Assembly: GCA_020137815.1 (NCBI GenBank)
Contig: CM035350.1
Span: 2,232,001-2,296,000, forward strand
Origin: Hormiphora californensis
Lineage: Eukaryota; Animalia; Ctenophora
Direction: 5' to 3'
DNA length: 64,000 nucleotides
The translations under genes and the position numbers were made by a program. Positions 36,337-51,025 of the stretch are shown one piece after another (within the stretch, counting starts at the first letter, position 1; each line of letters starts with the position of its first letter). Below the pieces are notes generated by a model. It was given only the letters and a program-made list of their open reading frames with translations. It was not told where the DNA came from and ran no database searches.

Positions 36337-38804
36337 ATGCAGGGTCATATCCGGGGTTCTAATGGAGCTGTCTTGGCTCGTCGCAAAACTAACCATCTGA
36401 TCAATAACCGGTACAGGGTAACAGCAGCGGGTAATCGTTTAGCCGCTCTGAACGAGGAGAAGACCACCGATTCAACTGACGGCTCTGACGTAAAGGTGAG
36501 AGAAAGCGTTTCTTCAAATCTCCCATATTGCTCCCTGAGCACTGCTCAGTGAGCAGTCTAGTTTAGACTCTAAATTTAAATTTAGAGTCTAAACTAGACT
36601 GCTCAGGGATTCCTATCTCAGGTCATCCCTGAACAACCCTCACCCTTGTCCAGGTGCTAAACATCTGTGGAACTGTATTCGTGGTAGAATCCCGGATATT
36701 TGAGAAATACCCAGACACTCTCCTCGGATCTCCTGAGCTGGAGAGGTACTACCTTCCCGAGCAGAAGTACTATTTTATGGAGCGGAACAAACATGTCTTT
36801 ACCTCTGTGTTGAGGTTCTACACACATGAGGAGGAACTCATCTGTCCGCCGTGCTTTCCTAAACGCACTTTTGAGGTGAGGGTGCAATGCAGTCTCTAGG
36901 TATAATAGTTAGCCGCTGATCTTTGTTGTCTAGTAAAGGGGTACCCTATAACTGAGGGGTGCCGTTCCATTCCTATGGGATGGAGCGAGACGGGGGGTAG
37001 CTAACCTGGTTTAGTTGGTTTCTTGTGTGGCTTCTTGCTCTCTTGTTTTTCAAGCATATCACATAGGCAGGCTAGACAGCGTTTTTCAAGCATAAACAAA
37101 GCGTTTTACAACACACGGAGCATTAAAAGTTTTACTGAGCAAAATATTATTTTTGTATAGGTTACATGAGGCACTGCTACTATTACTAAACTAATAGTAG
37201 TAGGGGCCAATAGCTGCAGTATAGTAACTCCTTCCCTCTAATATAACTCCCCTTCCTTCCCTCACAGGACTGCCTGGAATTCTATGGACTGTCACCCTAC
37301 TACCAGGGATTACGGAGTGCTCTAAAACCAGCCACATTGCTCCCCCGGGCCAGTGGGATCAAAGAAGAGATCCTGTTCACCATGCAACATCCACAGTACA
37401 ACAGGCTAGCCCAGATCTACTCCATCATTGATATCACCATCATAGTCCTGAGTAGTGTAGTGATGGTGCTGGAGTCCATCAAGGAATTAGAGGCACTACC
37501 CAACTTTGAAACAGTAAGTGGGGGAGTTTTATTCTGTTTAAACTAGGTAGTAGGTATATATGGAGGGGAGGGTGTTCTTGTGTCGATTGTCGAATGCTTG
37601 GGTATATGGGGTTACTCTGGTGATTTGTCAAAAGTTTCTCTGAACTGGGGAGAACCAGTAATATTGGGAAGTAATATTGGGAAGAACCAGTAATATGTGT
37701 CGTAATGGATAATGTACGGTACCTTTTCTAAAGAAGAATTGCCTTGCATCTACCAATAAAGTACAAAGGGGAACTAGAATGTTACGGATCGGTTCCTAGA
37801 AGTTTGAGCCTCTTAGAGCCTCTTAGAGCCAACCCTTTCTGAAAATAACCCTGAATAACTCTTCTCAGACCTGTGAAGTGATAGAGACGGCCATTACATT
37901 TTATTTCACCGTCCAAGCAGCCCTTCTGCTTGCAGTATTCTACTCCTGGAAGGCCTATTTTAAAAGTGTCATGAACTGGATCGATATCTTATCAATTCTA
38001 CCCTTCTACTGCAAGTTCATCGCTGCCTCTTTTCTCGCTCAGGTACTACTCGTGCAGCGCGTGTGTGCATGTCACGTGTGTGTCACGTGGTAGGCTAATG
38101 ACCAATCAGTGAGGTGACACCTTTTTACAAATTATCGAGTTATTATATGACATAAGGGGGATTTTATTCTAGAAATCGACACATAACTTGTGACATTGGA
38201 GATAAAATCACACAGTGTGTGCCTCGCCCTCCTATTGTGTCCCATGATTTTCTTAATCTCAAGCAGTACACATTTGGATAAAATCATCACTGTCCGTTTT
38301 CACCTCACTAACACCTCCCAATGACAACTCCCTCCCCCCATCTCTCTCTCTCTCTCTCTCTCTCTCAGCCCCTCTCATTAACACCCTTCCCTCTCCCAGA
38401 TAGGTGGGTTAAAGGTGCTCAGGTTGGTCCGGTTGCTCCGTATTTTCAAGTTATTCCGACACAGCCGGGGCTCCCAGAAGATGATTGGTTTCCTGGTGTC
38501 CTCCCTGCCTGAGATCCTACTTCTCCTACTAATGTGGACTATCGGGTTTCTCCTGTTTGGACCCCTCATATTCTTCATTGAGCATGATAGGGAACATGCA
38601 GCGGATGGCTTCAGTAGTGCATTCAGTGGTATGTGGTTTTGTGTGGTTACCATAGGGACGGTGGGTTATGGAGATGTGGTTCCAAAGACAGACCTGGGTA
38701 AGTTTGTAACCGCCCTGTATACCATCCTCAATCTGACCATCATGACCATCCCCATTTCAATTATTATAACTAAGTTTAGTAGGTCAATGAAGCAGAAAAA
38801 ATGA
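36337..38804 (+). CDS. Voltage-gated K+ channel subunit, Shaker (Kv1-4) superfamily, 5 exons
   Basis: T1 VLNICGTVF..YPDTLLG..YFMERN..VLRFY; S2-S3 MNWIDILSILPFY; S4 VLRLVRLLRIFKLFRHSRG; pore TIGTVGYGDVVPKT; S6 TIPISIIITKF. Exons about 36337-36495, 36654-36876, 37268-37513, 37870-38042 and 38400-38804. Confidence 0.93.
36550..36605. repeat. Perfect 56-bp spacerless palindrome in Kv intron 1
   Basis: TGAGCAGTCTAGTTTAGACTCTAAATTT|AAATTTAGAGTCTAAACTAGACTGCTCA. Confidence 0.9.
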
Positions 38805-39078
38805 GTTGTGTGTGTGTTTGGAGTAGAGAGTGTGTGTGCGAGAGCAGGTGACTCTAGAGTGTGTGTGTGGCAGAGTGAATGTGTGAATATTGTGTGGTTT
38901 AAATATATTCAATTGACAAAAAAGACAAAATCTTTCTTTTTGCACAAACAAATTTTCGTAGAAATCAGCTCAAAATACACACACAAGACAGACCCACACA
39001 CACACACACACTGCTCTGCAATCCCACGCTGTCTCTTCTGAAGATATATTGGAGTCTGTAATACACAGTCAAGAGAGA

Positions 39079-39169
39079 AGGAACCGACCGAAACAGAACT
39101 CGTTATTTAGGTCACGTGACTGGTTATCAGCCAATCAGTGACCAGTATTTCCTGATTCGGTCGGTTCCT
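39079..39169. mobile_element. Tiny MITE-like element (~90 bp)
   Basis: 14-bp inverted ends AGGAACCGACCGAA / TTCGGTCGGTTCCT; internal GTCACGTGAC and CCAAT. TSD unclear. Confidence 0.55.
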
Positions 39170-39299
39170 GCAAGAAAGCATTCCTTTCGTCCAATTTGAA
39201 CATTCAAATGCGAAACAGGGCCCGCGGGACCGGGTTGACACCTCCTATTGTGAATGCGTCTCCCTTGTCAAATACACGTGCACTACACCTCATTCGTCA

Positions 39300-40824
39300 A
39301 TCGTCAGATGACTAAACTCTGTGTCATATCATCAGGTCCGTTCATGTCGCAATTCCCTCTCCCACTAGTGTCACACTCTTCGATACGACTTGTTGTAGCA
39401 GGGGCAGATGGTTGAACTGAAAACGGGTGTTATTTAAATGCTTATCGTGAACTGGAGACTAGGACTTGAAGACACGGTTATTATATTGAGTGTGGGAAGT
39501 AAAACTAGGACCGTGTCTCTACTACTACCGTGTCTCTACTAGTCTAGTATACTCACATTAAAAGTCGGAAGAGAAGTACAGGAGGAGGAGGATAAGCTGG
39601 GAGATGTTTTCACTCGCTTAACTGGAGAGTTCGCTTTGCTCGGGCTGGTCACTATGTGAAACGCAGAGGGTGCATCCTCACTACTTCGTAATCTTGAGTA
39701 ACTTCTCTTCCTGGAGGGGAGAGGAGTCAGTCTCAAGCATAAAATACAACACGCCCTTTTTCATCATCTATCGTTTAGAGCGCCCTATTCGTTACACAGC
39801 TAATATCTCTCACTGTAGTGCGGTTAGCAAGTTCACATGTACTGTGACCCTGCTGTAATCGATCTCTGTAGACAGTTTGTCTATTATATTGCTAATGGTG
39901 CTGCACCTCCCCCACACCACATGCTATGAATCACTTCACAAAACCAGGCCAAACACTGCATGGTGAAGCCAAAGGACATTATTATCCCCAGGTTCAACCC
40001 GACAACTCGATCTCGGTATAACTAAGGTAAACTTGAGTCGTTTGACATTGTGCTCACGCTACAATTCAAGGACCTTGTCTTGGTCAGACTCTCACCCCCC
40101 CCCCAAACAACAACATAGCTAGCCACACACACCTGTTATCTGGTGTAATCCTAACGGCTACTGGTCGCTTGATCTCACTGGTAACCAGATCAGGTGTCTT
40201 GTGCTGCTTGGTACTACTTGGTACAGGTGCCACCTCCTCAATAGATCGCTCTGAATGGGGGGCCATTGGTTAGATCTGTTATATAGTGAACCTATAATAC
40301 AGTTTTGATTCTGTCACCAGATCCAACTACTCACTTTTGCCTCTACTCGATGTGATCACTGAAGTATCCAGATGATCTGCTAGGTTTGTCTGTACAACCC
40401 TTCTCCTAACTGTATGGATGCACATTCCTAGAGGGAAGAATAGTTAATGTTGGTGGGACGGTAATGGAGCCACCTAGAGCATGCCCCTCCAAAACCCCCC
40501 AGTTTCTATTAGAGGGGAACGGTACTCTGGCCATGAAAGAGGCGGTACTCTACTACCTCCATTAGCTCCCTGTACTTACCTTGGCCAAATTTAATGCTGA
40601 CTTTTAACGGGTCCGACTTGGTGGCACTCATCTTTATGGTATTGGGACAAGTCCTCTCTGCGCATACCGCCTCGCACTAAGGGGGGAGGGTACAGTGGTG
40701 TTAACAAGCCGACAGAGCCATGCTGTCCCTCTGGGTTTTACTATGCCCCCCTTCCAGAAACATAAGGAGTTACTGCAGGTGAGCCTAAAATGGGTATGTG
40801 ATTGGTTGGCCACCGCAAAGAGAG

Positions 40825-40864
<40 letters not shown>

Positions 40865-41690
40865 GATAGAGAGAGAGATAGTGAGAGAGATGGAGTGCTC
40901 CGTCTCCCAAAGTAGTGCCGACTATATTTGATCCCCCCCTAATTCTATCGTGTCCTCTCTCTCGCAGTGGGTGGTGTGGCGGCCTTCCACAAAGACCAAT
41001 ACCGCTGCGACAGCTGCAACATATGTGGCATGAGGAATGGGAGGGAGAGAATGAGGGAGAGAAAGAGTGGTGATGTGTGTGCTTGAAGCGTGAATAACGG
41101 GCAGGCGGGGCACATTCATAATAGGAAAACGAGCAGCAGCAGGAACGAGCTTTCTAACATCAACCGGAGTGAGTGAGAGAGAGAGAAATAGAGAGAGAGA
41201 GAGAGAGTGGGAGAGGGGGTATGTGGAAGAGAGAAAGATGAATCACGTGTCCGGGATTTGTTCTCTATTATTGAATAATTTTCGGCCAAAACCAGCTGGC
41301 GTATCTCTCTCTCCTCCCCTTCTCTCTCCCTCTCTCTCTCTCGCCGGAACCACATTTTGTCTTTGATGGGGGCGGCTCGGTAGGGTGGTCTATACCCCGC
41401 AGGTTGTTGACGGTGGACAGCTGTGGATCAGCAGTGGGTGGTTGGTGACATGGCGTAACCGTGAATGGTTATATGTCCCGCATATGTTATGTGCTCGCGG
41501 TGGACTGTGAAATCAAAGGCTCCACCGCTCTCTCAGAGCGAGGGTTGAGTGCCAGATGCAACTTTCTCTCTCTCTCTTACCTCCCTATCTGAGCGTGAAT
41601 AATGGGTCACATGGATACATATTATTGCCTAGTGAACCATGACAGAATTATATATGCACCGGTGTCCCTCGCATCACCTAGCGAACCAGG

Positions 41691-41733
<43 letters not shown>

Positions 41734-42123
41734 AGAGAGAAACAATTTTAATTTTGGTTAATGCGTGTCTCCCAATTAGTGTGTTGTGAGGAAGTGGCCC
41801 CTTGTCACTACCCCCGCCCAAATCACCGGGCTGGGAAAAGATGCAACCACGTATAACAACACAAAGTAGAGAGAGAGAGAGAGAGAGAGATAGAGAGAGA
41901 TGGGGAGATAGAGAGAGATGGGGAGAAGGGTATAATTTAACCCCCAACTACTTGCCCAGTGAAAATGGAGGAACGGTATCGCAGGACCAATGGGTGTTCT
42001 GCTACCCAAATTGGGACTACTGCAAGTGCTCATAAAATAGTTTATTGTTCATTCCCTAAGCTTGACTTTCTGTCTACATCTGACCCCCTCTCCTACTACA
42101 GCTACGGACCCCCCCTCTCTTTC

Positions 42124-42218
<95 letters not shown>

Positions 42219-43105
42219 TACTCCCCCTGATCGGTTACTCCCCCGATCTCTTCACTGATTCTCTCTCCTCTCCAGACAAGCAAGCACGGCTGCACTATCT
42301 GTGTGGGGGAGTAGGAGAGCACCACATAGCAGAGCTTGGATAGAGAGAGCGCGGGGGAGAGTGATCAATAGAGCGCTTATCCTCCTCCCCCTGAATTTTA
42401 CATGCACATCACGTGACCGCTCGATCACCGATCACGTGACACGGGGTGCTTTGTTAAAAGTAGGTGCCCTGTAAAGTTACAAAATATCGAATTTACAGTT
42501 GGCATTGTAACCTAAACCAGCAAGCAGTACTGGATCACGGGCTGGGAAGTGGACTAGATTGCAAGTTAAAATGATATGGCATGAACTGTGATGCTAGCCC
42601 CCCCCCCCCCCAGTCAGTCCCCCCTCATAGCCGCCAAGTGCCAATAATGGTGGTAGTTCCAACATGAGATAGAGATAGAGATAGAGATAGAGATAGAGAT
42701 AGAGATAGAGATAGAGATAGAGATAGAGATAGAGATAGAGATAGAGATAGAGATAGAGATAGAGATAGAGATATGAGTCTCACCTTAAAGAGTGGCGCGG
42801 CTCGTTTCCTCGTTTCAGGATGAGAAAAAGCGGAACGTTTGAAGTACCAAGTTGTGTGGGGTATGATTCTACGAAGATGGTCCCGCATTATCCCTGTCCA
42901 ACCTACAGAGAAAACATATGTGAGTATTTTAATACCATTTTGGAACAACTTATAGGACATCTACCGGTGTTAAAACAAGTTGACAATTGTTAGTTTTTGG
43001 TAAGTTACCTTCCCGGAGAGCCCCAGCTGTCCGTCCCAGGGGTATGATGGAGTGCAGTTCGGACACGGTCAGGTGGAAGGTCGTGTTTGGGGTCGCGTAG
43101 TACTG
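39300..43105 (-). CDS. Probable multi-exon gene of unknown function (Ser/Pro/basic-rich C-terminus); may extend to exons at ~45725-45910
   Basis: Exon-like GT-AG blocks at about 43008-43103, 40580-40677, 40335-40428, 40132-40280, 39557-39736 and 39300-39417, with open frames such as SRKRSYSRLRSSED..SPSKANSPVKRVKTSP. No domain recognised. Confidence 0.45.
42666..42773. repeat. (GAGATA)n hexamer microsatellite
   Basis: About 18 perfect copies seen directly. Confidence 0.95.
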
Positions 43106-43688
43106 AGGAAAGAGAACAATGTCAATTATTCATGTGTTTAAATAATACACACTCATGATGTTGGCCGCGCATAGCAGCACTCTTTTAGCGAGTCAGAGAG
43201 GACGTGATCTGTACAGCTCTGTACGATCTCCCCCCACACATACACAAGACTGTGAGGGGGAGGATCTACAATATAGTACAGGTCTGGTTACCATAGTTAC
43301 AGAACCAACACTGTGACACACATGTTACAGGTCTGGTTGCCATAGTTACAGAACCAACACTATGACACATGTTACATGGTGACAGCTTGTTTTACCTCAC
43401 TATACCCCCTTTCAGAGGTGGTACTTGCTGGTTAAATTGATGAATGGGCATGGCTCATGTGGCACTCCTTAAGCTGGTAAGATTTGGAAGCGTGTGGGTG
43501 AATGGGGATCATGACCACACGAAAAATATTGCGGGGGTGTGGGAAGATATATAGTTCTCGACTGAGCTTTCCACACTATAGAGTTTTTAATTTTGCTTCC
43601 ACGGAATGAATATAAGTTTAGCTACATAAAAAATCTGAGTAGTTAGATGAGGTCAACCTGCCGCGCCAACATAAAGACCATGATACCT

Positions 43689-44363
43689 TGGTGACATAGA
43701 CACCGTGCGCGACCAAGATTGAGCTCACACACAGGTGTCTGCTCCGCCTCAAAAAGCGTCGTTTCTTTCAAGGGATGTTGCACGCGATCCACTGGACCGA
43801 TTTGCATCCGGTTTGTCGCAAAAGACTACAAATGATCCTAATATACTGGAAAATACCCGAGAAGTTTGTCTGTCAACAGGAAGTGGGTCAAATTGACACT
43901 GAAGTCAAACCTATAATCTGGCTTCCGAGAGTTTCTGCACTACGCCCATGCGATTTAGAAGATATTGGGAGATATGTTGATGCAATTAGCATCAGCTATT
44001 AATGCCGGGTATTTTCCAGTACTCACAAGAGTTCAACCTATCTTCTGATACCCTCAGATTCATTCTACACCGTCTGGGAGTGGTGCAAAAAGGCTCGGAA
44101 GCCAGATTATAGATTTGACTCCAGTGTAAATTTTGACCCACTTCCTGTTGACAGACAAACTTCTCGGGTATTTTCCAGTAAACTAGGACCAATTTGTAGT
44201 CTTTTGCGACAAACCGGATGCAAATCGGTTCAGTGGATCACGTGCAATTTGGCTTGAAAGACACGACCCTTTTTTAGGGGGCGGAGCGGACACCTATGTG
44301 CGAGCTCGATCTCGGTCGCTGCGCGACCTCGATCTCGCACGCACTAGGTGTCAATGTCACCAA
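43689..44363. mobile_element. Diverged long-TIR foldback/MITE (~675 bp, arms ~260-290 bp)
   Basis: Left arm (TTGGTGACATAGACACC..GCATCCGGTTTGTCGCAAAAGACTACAAA..CCCGAGAAGTTTGTCTGTCAACAGGAAGTGGGTCAAA) is the reverse complement of ~44075-44363. The ORF track shows the same peptide on both strands. Confidence 0.8.
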
Positions 44364-44657
44364 CATGATACCAAATGAACCTTTGTTTTTTGCTGAGCAT
44401 ATATGAGAGGACCTCATTATAATGAGACGACTCGAGACCACATATAATTCGGATCTCGGCCCCCGCAAACAATAAATTATCGACGATATTAGTTATAATT
44501 TCTTAACGGTTGATTCAACTATAGATGGAGTTTCAACCACGCATACGGGTCACGTGATAATTTCAACATATATGTGTCGACACTGCACCATGAGGTGGAA
44601 AAGTTGCAAAATGAGCGGGGAATGAACAAAACTAACAATGGGCCATAATTTTGGAGC

Positions 44658-44916
44658 TACTACGTACCCCGCCACTACTACGTACCCCGCCACTACTACG
44701 TACCCCACCACTACCCGTACCCCACCACGTACTACGTACCCTTGGGTCCATTGCAACCTATTCTCGCTCCGTATGTGAGATCAATCTCAGTCGTGCGCGA
44801 CGTCGATCTCACTCAGGTATCAATGTGGCCAACCCGTACCCCGCCACTACCCGTACCCCGCCACTACCCGTACCCCACCACTACCCGTACCCCGCCACTA
44901 CCCGTACCCCACCACG
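44658..44916. repeat. 18-bp tandem repeat (CTAC(C)GTACCCCGCCA) in two blocks
   Basis: Blocks at about 44658-44740 and 44833-44916. Confidence 0.85.
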
Positions 44917-45455
44917 TTCAAGTGATGGTTTCCATTAGCATTTTAGGTCGTGTTACACCAGACACACTATTGCTCTGACGGGTCACAGTGCTGCAGTAGC
45001 TCACATTCCATCTCTCATTATCCATCTCTTTGACTCCCTTATCGCACAATGTTTGTATGCTAAGGGTGGGTTGTTGCTCAGGGAGATTTCCTCAGCGTGG
45101 GACCACCGGTCAGACCAATACTTTAACAGGGGACCACCGGGAAACAATGACTGGGGTAGCTATAAAACATCCCTTATACCTAACTGGGTAACCGCATTTC
45201 ACCGACTCGACTAGGGTATACGAGCTCTGTTGACTCAACAAAATAAACCTTGCTTATTTTACCCTGCCCCGCTTAAGCCTTAAGGGTTGAACTGTTCTTC
45301 CCGTGGGGAGCGCGGAGTCAAACAGTTCAATGTAAAGGACCTAGAGTGTAAAGGTCTTATGGAGGAAACAGTCGTGCCTGAATCTCAGATTCTGATACCG
45401 ATGTATCATAACAAATATGGGGTTCTATTCGTTTATGCAAGTTTCAACTACAAGT

Positions 45456-45520
<65 letters not shown>

Positions 45521-46341
45521 CTCTCTCTCCCCTCTCTCTCTCTCCATCTCTCTCACTCTAACGGGTGCATACGTAAAATATATATAACGCACCATTGAGA
45601 ACGATAAATATGTAATAAATATCAATAAAACTAAATCTTATGTGAGATGGTGAAACAACGACTAGCTGTCACAAATGTGCACTGTTGTGTTTTTGGAAAC
45701 GGATGACTTGGTCAGTTTACGTACTGGACACAGATCCAAACAACGCAATGAATGAAGTTGCTGAGACTTGCCTTGCTCGACCCTCTTTCCGCACACTCCG
45801 GGTTTGAACAAGCTGAGACCAACAGCCTGGAATTCATAAATTATGGAAATACGGACTCACCGTGAACGACTGATGAGAGGGTGGTATGAATAGTTGTCAT
45901 TTGTAGATAGTTTGGAAGTTTGTGATTTTTTGGAATAAACTTTAGCAACTCAGTTGCCATGGTAACCATGTTATTGAATGCCTTGCTCGATCCTGTTTCT
46001 CCGCGCCCCGGGTTGGAACAAAACAAGTAATTTACCTATAGGGACTTTCAGACTCACCGGGCGAAGCCGGATGGGTTATCAAAAGCCCTCAATTGTGGCG
46101 CACCCAATGGGTGTGCTAGTCTAATAACAATCTGTGCTAGAGCAACATACGTTCGTAATTAAGAACCTCTATATCCCTTCCGATATATACTGAAGACAGC
46201 TCTTACCATTGAATGCATCTATAGTAAATGATGCTGTTCGAGCTAAATAAACTAAATCTATCAAGTAACAACCTGTCAGGTGTTTTACTTGATAGAAGAA
46301 GCGCAAAGTGCAAGTGATGCGAGACTAATGCCCTCTCACTC

Positions 46342-46423
<82 letters not shown>

Positions 46424-48505
46424 TCACCCTATCAGTTCCCAGGATCTAGCATTATAGGGCGTGTGTGGGGGGCGGTATAACGCTCGCTGCACAAAGCTCT
46501 ACCCCGACATGTTATTCAATTTGTGAGCCCTATCGTACACAACACACACAGGTGCAGGACCTCTGAATAAGGGGGCCCCCACCAGTTTCTAACCGGCCGA
46601 CTCTCTTTGTAGTGACAAAGTGGGTCGGCAGATGGTAATATACGTGTGTGATAATATTATGTGCTTTTCACGCATCATTAAACAACGCTTCGGTGGGATA
46701 GTGTGCTAGATTCTAAATTAGGATCGTGTGCTAGGAGCTACAGGATCGTGTGCTGGCGGCGTAAGGATGAGCAGATTTTTCATGAGGCTATACGACCATT
46801 AAATTTTAAAGAGCGGAGAATGAATGGAGCCCTCTCCCAGTTCCACCGAATGATTACCTAACTTCAAGTGTGATCAATAATACTAAATAACGGCCTCCCT
46901 AATTGCATATCCCGGAACATCTCCCAGTCCCCCAAATATATTAGGACCCACTCAGCTGGGGAATACACCGCCCGCGACGTCATGTACTGCCAGAAAAGTG
47001 TGTCAGTGACAAAATTCTAAGTCTATGTCTTATTTCCACATGATTATGGCATCCGCCGAAACGTTGTGTTAAAACCATGAGTCCTCCATGTGTCAATCAG
47101 CTGGGAAGCAGACTGCAGAGCTGTCCCAACAAGGGCGCCACCCATCTACCATGAGAGTGACAATTCTGACACACTTTTCTGACAGTATATATAACATCGC
47201 GGGCGGTGTATTCCCTAGTTGGGACGTTTCCGCAAGACGTCTCATGATTTGCAACTTGCATGAGTTAGCAGTTTCTTACTAAAAGGGAGGCCGTAACTAA
47301 CTACTAACTAGTAACTAACTAAACAACTAATTATACTAACTAATAAATATACTAACTAACCAACCAACTAACCAACTAACTGCTGATTACCATTTAACTA
47401 GCTAACTAACTAACCAACTAACTACATCACACTACGGACAACAAATTTCTAACCAACAAAATCAGCACAAACCTGTGAATTGTTAGCAGGGGGTGTAATA
47501 TCAGTTGGAGCTCCACAATTAGCAGTGTCCGTTAATCTAGCACCTGTTTTCAGGGCCTTGAACAACTCCAAGTGGTGCTCGAAGAATTGCCGTGTGATGT
47601 CCCCTGCATTCGACTGGACAAACAAGGATTCCGGTATCGATAACATATTGCTGATTTCCAACTAGGTAACGTTGATACAAATATATAACTCAAAACTAGA
47701 TGGGGTAAATGTGGATATGAGTCCACCGCTATGAGGGGGCTAGCTCTGCTGTCGCAGCTGAGGGATCACGTGATAGTCACATGACGCGCACGTGCTAGTC
47801 ACGCGCATCTCTCTCTCTCTCAGCTGGTTACCTCCTCTCCCTCTCTCCTAAATCCGAGGTGGAGGAGGTGGTGGTTCTATATATTCCGATCAACAATATA
47901 TAGCGGGGGAGGGGTGACCAAGTACCCCGGGCACCACAAAGGGGGGAGGGGGTGATAATGTTGTCACAGTTGGGTGGCATGGTTCTAGGGCGTAAGTTAG
48001 CGGAAACATTTGGCACTGTATCCGCCCCCCTCTCTGACAGGGTGCATTCATGTTCAAGCAGGGGCGGAAGCTATAGTTACACCCAAAAGCACTGCACTGT
48101 TTGAGATGTGCATTATTTAATCAGTTCTGAAACGGTTTTCAGACTCCTAGGCGTGGGCAAGAAGGGAAACTATAGTTCATTGAACGTCGACATGGTGGAA
48201 TAACTGATATAATGAGCCTTCAATACTCGATAGAGTGCTCTAATGATAGCTCTCAGTATCAGGTATTATTATATGGTGTTGACGGTGCTCGCTCATTCTG
48301 AACTGTCAGCTTCTTTTTGAGGGTTGTCTCCCCATCACAAGAGGGATATGTTTGGGCTACCATACTCGCTACTGGGCAGTGGGCTCAGGGCTGCCATAGA
48401 TTTGTGGTTGACTGAGACATAATCAAGTCAAATCTAAGTTTAGTTCAGTCACGCCAAACAAAATGATGATCGAACGTCTTGGCTGAGACAAGATTGGTCT
48501 GTCCA

Positions 48506-49346
48506 AACATAACATTGTTTTAGTCCCAACATAACATTGTGTTAGTCCCAACATAACATTGTGTTAGTCCCAACATAACATTGTGTTAGTCCCAACATAA
48601 CATTGTGTTAGTCCCAACATATCATTGTGTTAGTCCCAACATAACATTGTGTTAGTCCCAATATAACATTGTGTTAGTCCCAACATAACATTGTGTTAGT
48701 CCCAACATAACATTGTGTTAGTCCCAACATAACATTGTGTTAGTCCCAACATAACACTGTGTTAGTCCCAACATAACATTGTGTTAGTCCCAACATAACA
48801 CTGTGTTAGTCCCAACATAACATTGTGTTAGTCCCAACATAGCATTGTGTTAGTCCCAACATAACATTGTGTTAGTCCCAACATAACATTGTGTTAGTCC
48901 CAACATAACATTGTGTTAGTCCCAACATAACATTGTGTTAGTCCCAACATAACATTGTGTTAGTCCCAACATAACATTGTGTTAGTCCCAACATAACATT
49001 GTGTTAGTCCCAACATAACATTGTGTTAGTCCCAACATAACATTGTGTTAGTCCCAACATAACATTGTGTTAGTCCCAACATAACATTGTGTTAGTCCCA
49101 ACATAACATTATGTTAGTCCCAACATATCATTGTGTTAGTCCCAACATAACATTGTGTTAGTCCCAACATAACATTGTGTTAGTCCCAACATAACATTGT
49201 GTTAGTCCCAACATAACATTGTGTTAGTCCCAACATAACATTGTGTTAGTCCCAACATAACATTGTGTTAGTCCCAATATAACATTGTGTTAGTCCCAAC
49301 ATAACATTGTGTTAGTCCCAACATAACATTGTGTTAGTCCCAACAT
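48506..49346. repeat. 22-bp minisatellite (TGTGTTAGTCCCAACATAACAT), about 38 copies
   Basis: Highly homogeneous head-to-tail array with no unique spacers. Confidence 0.97.
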
Positions 49347-49471
49347 GATTCTGGGGTAGTTTGGGAGGGGCTGTTCCGGTGTTCCGGCTCTGAACGTGAG
49401 TAGTAGTAAAGTAGCGACACACAGCGGGCACAATATAACGCCGGGCCGAGGTGAAAAAAACGAAACTTCGG

Positions 49472-49530
<59 letters not shown>

Positions 49531-49719
49531 GGGAGAGAGAAAGGGGACAGACAGACACATAAACAGCGTGTGGGAGGGGTATATCCTAACAACGTTGGCG
49601 CGTGCCGACCACTCAAGCTCCTCACCTCGGGCTAGCGCATTCAAGCATCCCTGCTATTTTTCATGTGCAGTCGTCAACGACAGAGAGAGGGAGAGAGAGA
49701 GAAAGAGAGAGAGAGAGAG

Positions 49720-49768
<49 letters not shown>

Positions 49769-50320
49769 GAGAGGGTACAGGATCTATAGTGGAATCTCGT
49801 TCAATCCCTCTCCAACTTTTTACTCTGCCTTCTGTCTATCTTTGCCTATATAGTTCTCTTTTCTCCACTCTCTCCCCCATGTTTTTCCTATTTCTCTCTC
49901 CCTCGCTTTCTCTCTCTTCTAAGTCGTCCCTCACTTTCTCTCTTCTCGGTCTCTCTCTCACTTACTCTCTCTTCTCTGCCTCTCCCTCACTTTCTCTCTC
50001 TTCTAAGTCTGTCCCTCACTTTCTCTCTTCTCGGTCTCTCCCTCACTTTCTCTCTCTTCTCTGCCTCTCCCTCACCCCTCTCTCTCTTTCTTACTCCAGC
50101 ACGCATTTTCTTCTTTTTTTCATAGCACAATAAAATGTTAACGATGCACAAGGAGCGCGTGCTCTATATGCGTGTTTTACAGGGGCCCAGGGGGACCTTG
50201 TTACATAGTGGACCACACAACAAGAATTCGTCAAGTAGTTCGGTGCATTACTGACACACGCCAACAACTGCACTCTTTAGAACACTGATCTTTAGAACTT
50301 GTCTCTCTATCTCTCTTTCC

Positions 50321-50353
<33 letters not shown>

Positions 50354-50355
50354 CC

Positions 50356-50454
<99 letters not shown>

Positions 50455-50839
50455 GCTCATATGAAAAACACAACTCTCTCCCAGTATCTCAAAATATTGC
50501 TAGTCCACCCAACATACTGACTGATGACCATCAAAATACTCACTTAGAGGTGAGAGTGCGTTAAATGTTTGTCAAAATATGATAAAACGTTCAGAAAAGG
50601 GCGTTGATATGTCAAATCTTGTAATAGAAATAGGATCCAAAGAAGCACCGATATAAAAAAACACGAAGTTCCATATAAAAGACCAACCCGTGCTACGTAT
50701 TTCAAAAACACCTTCACCCAAAGCCCCCAGTAATTTGTCTAACCGTTTACTCGAACGCACCGTAATAGAGAAATGGAAGAGGCTAAAAGTGGGTATATGA
50801 GGGTAGATTGAAATACAATGAGCTGAGAGAGTGAGAGAT

Positions 50840-51025
<186 letters not shown>

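Noticed and set aside
48506-49346. 22-bp array (also the 23-, 35-, 17- and ~62-bp arrays) as CRISPR
   Set aside because: Head-to-tail repeats with no unique spacers, no cas genes, and a eukaryotic context.
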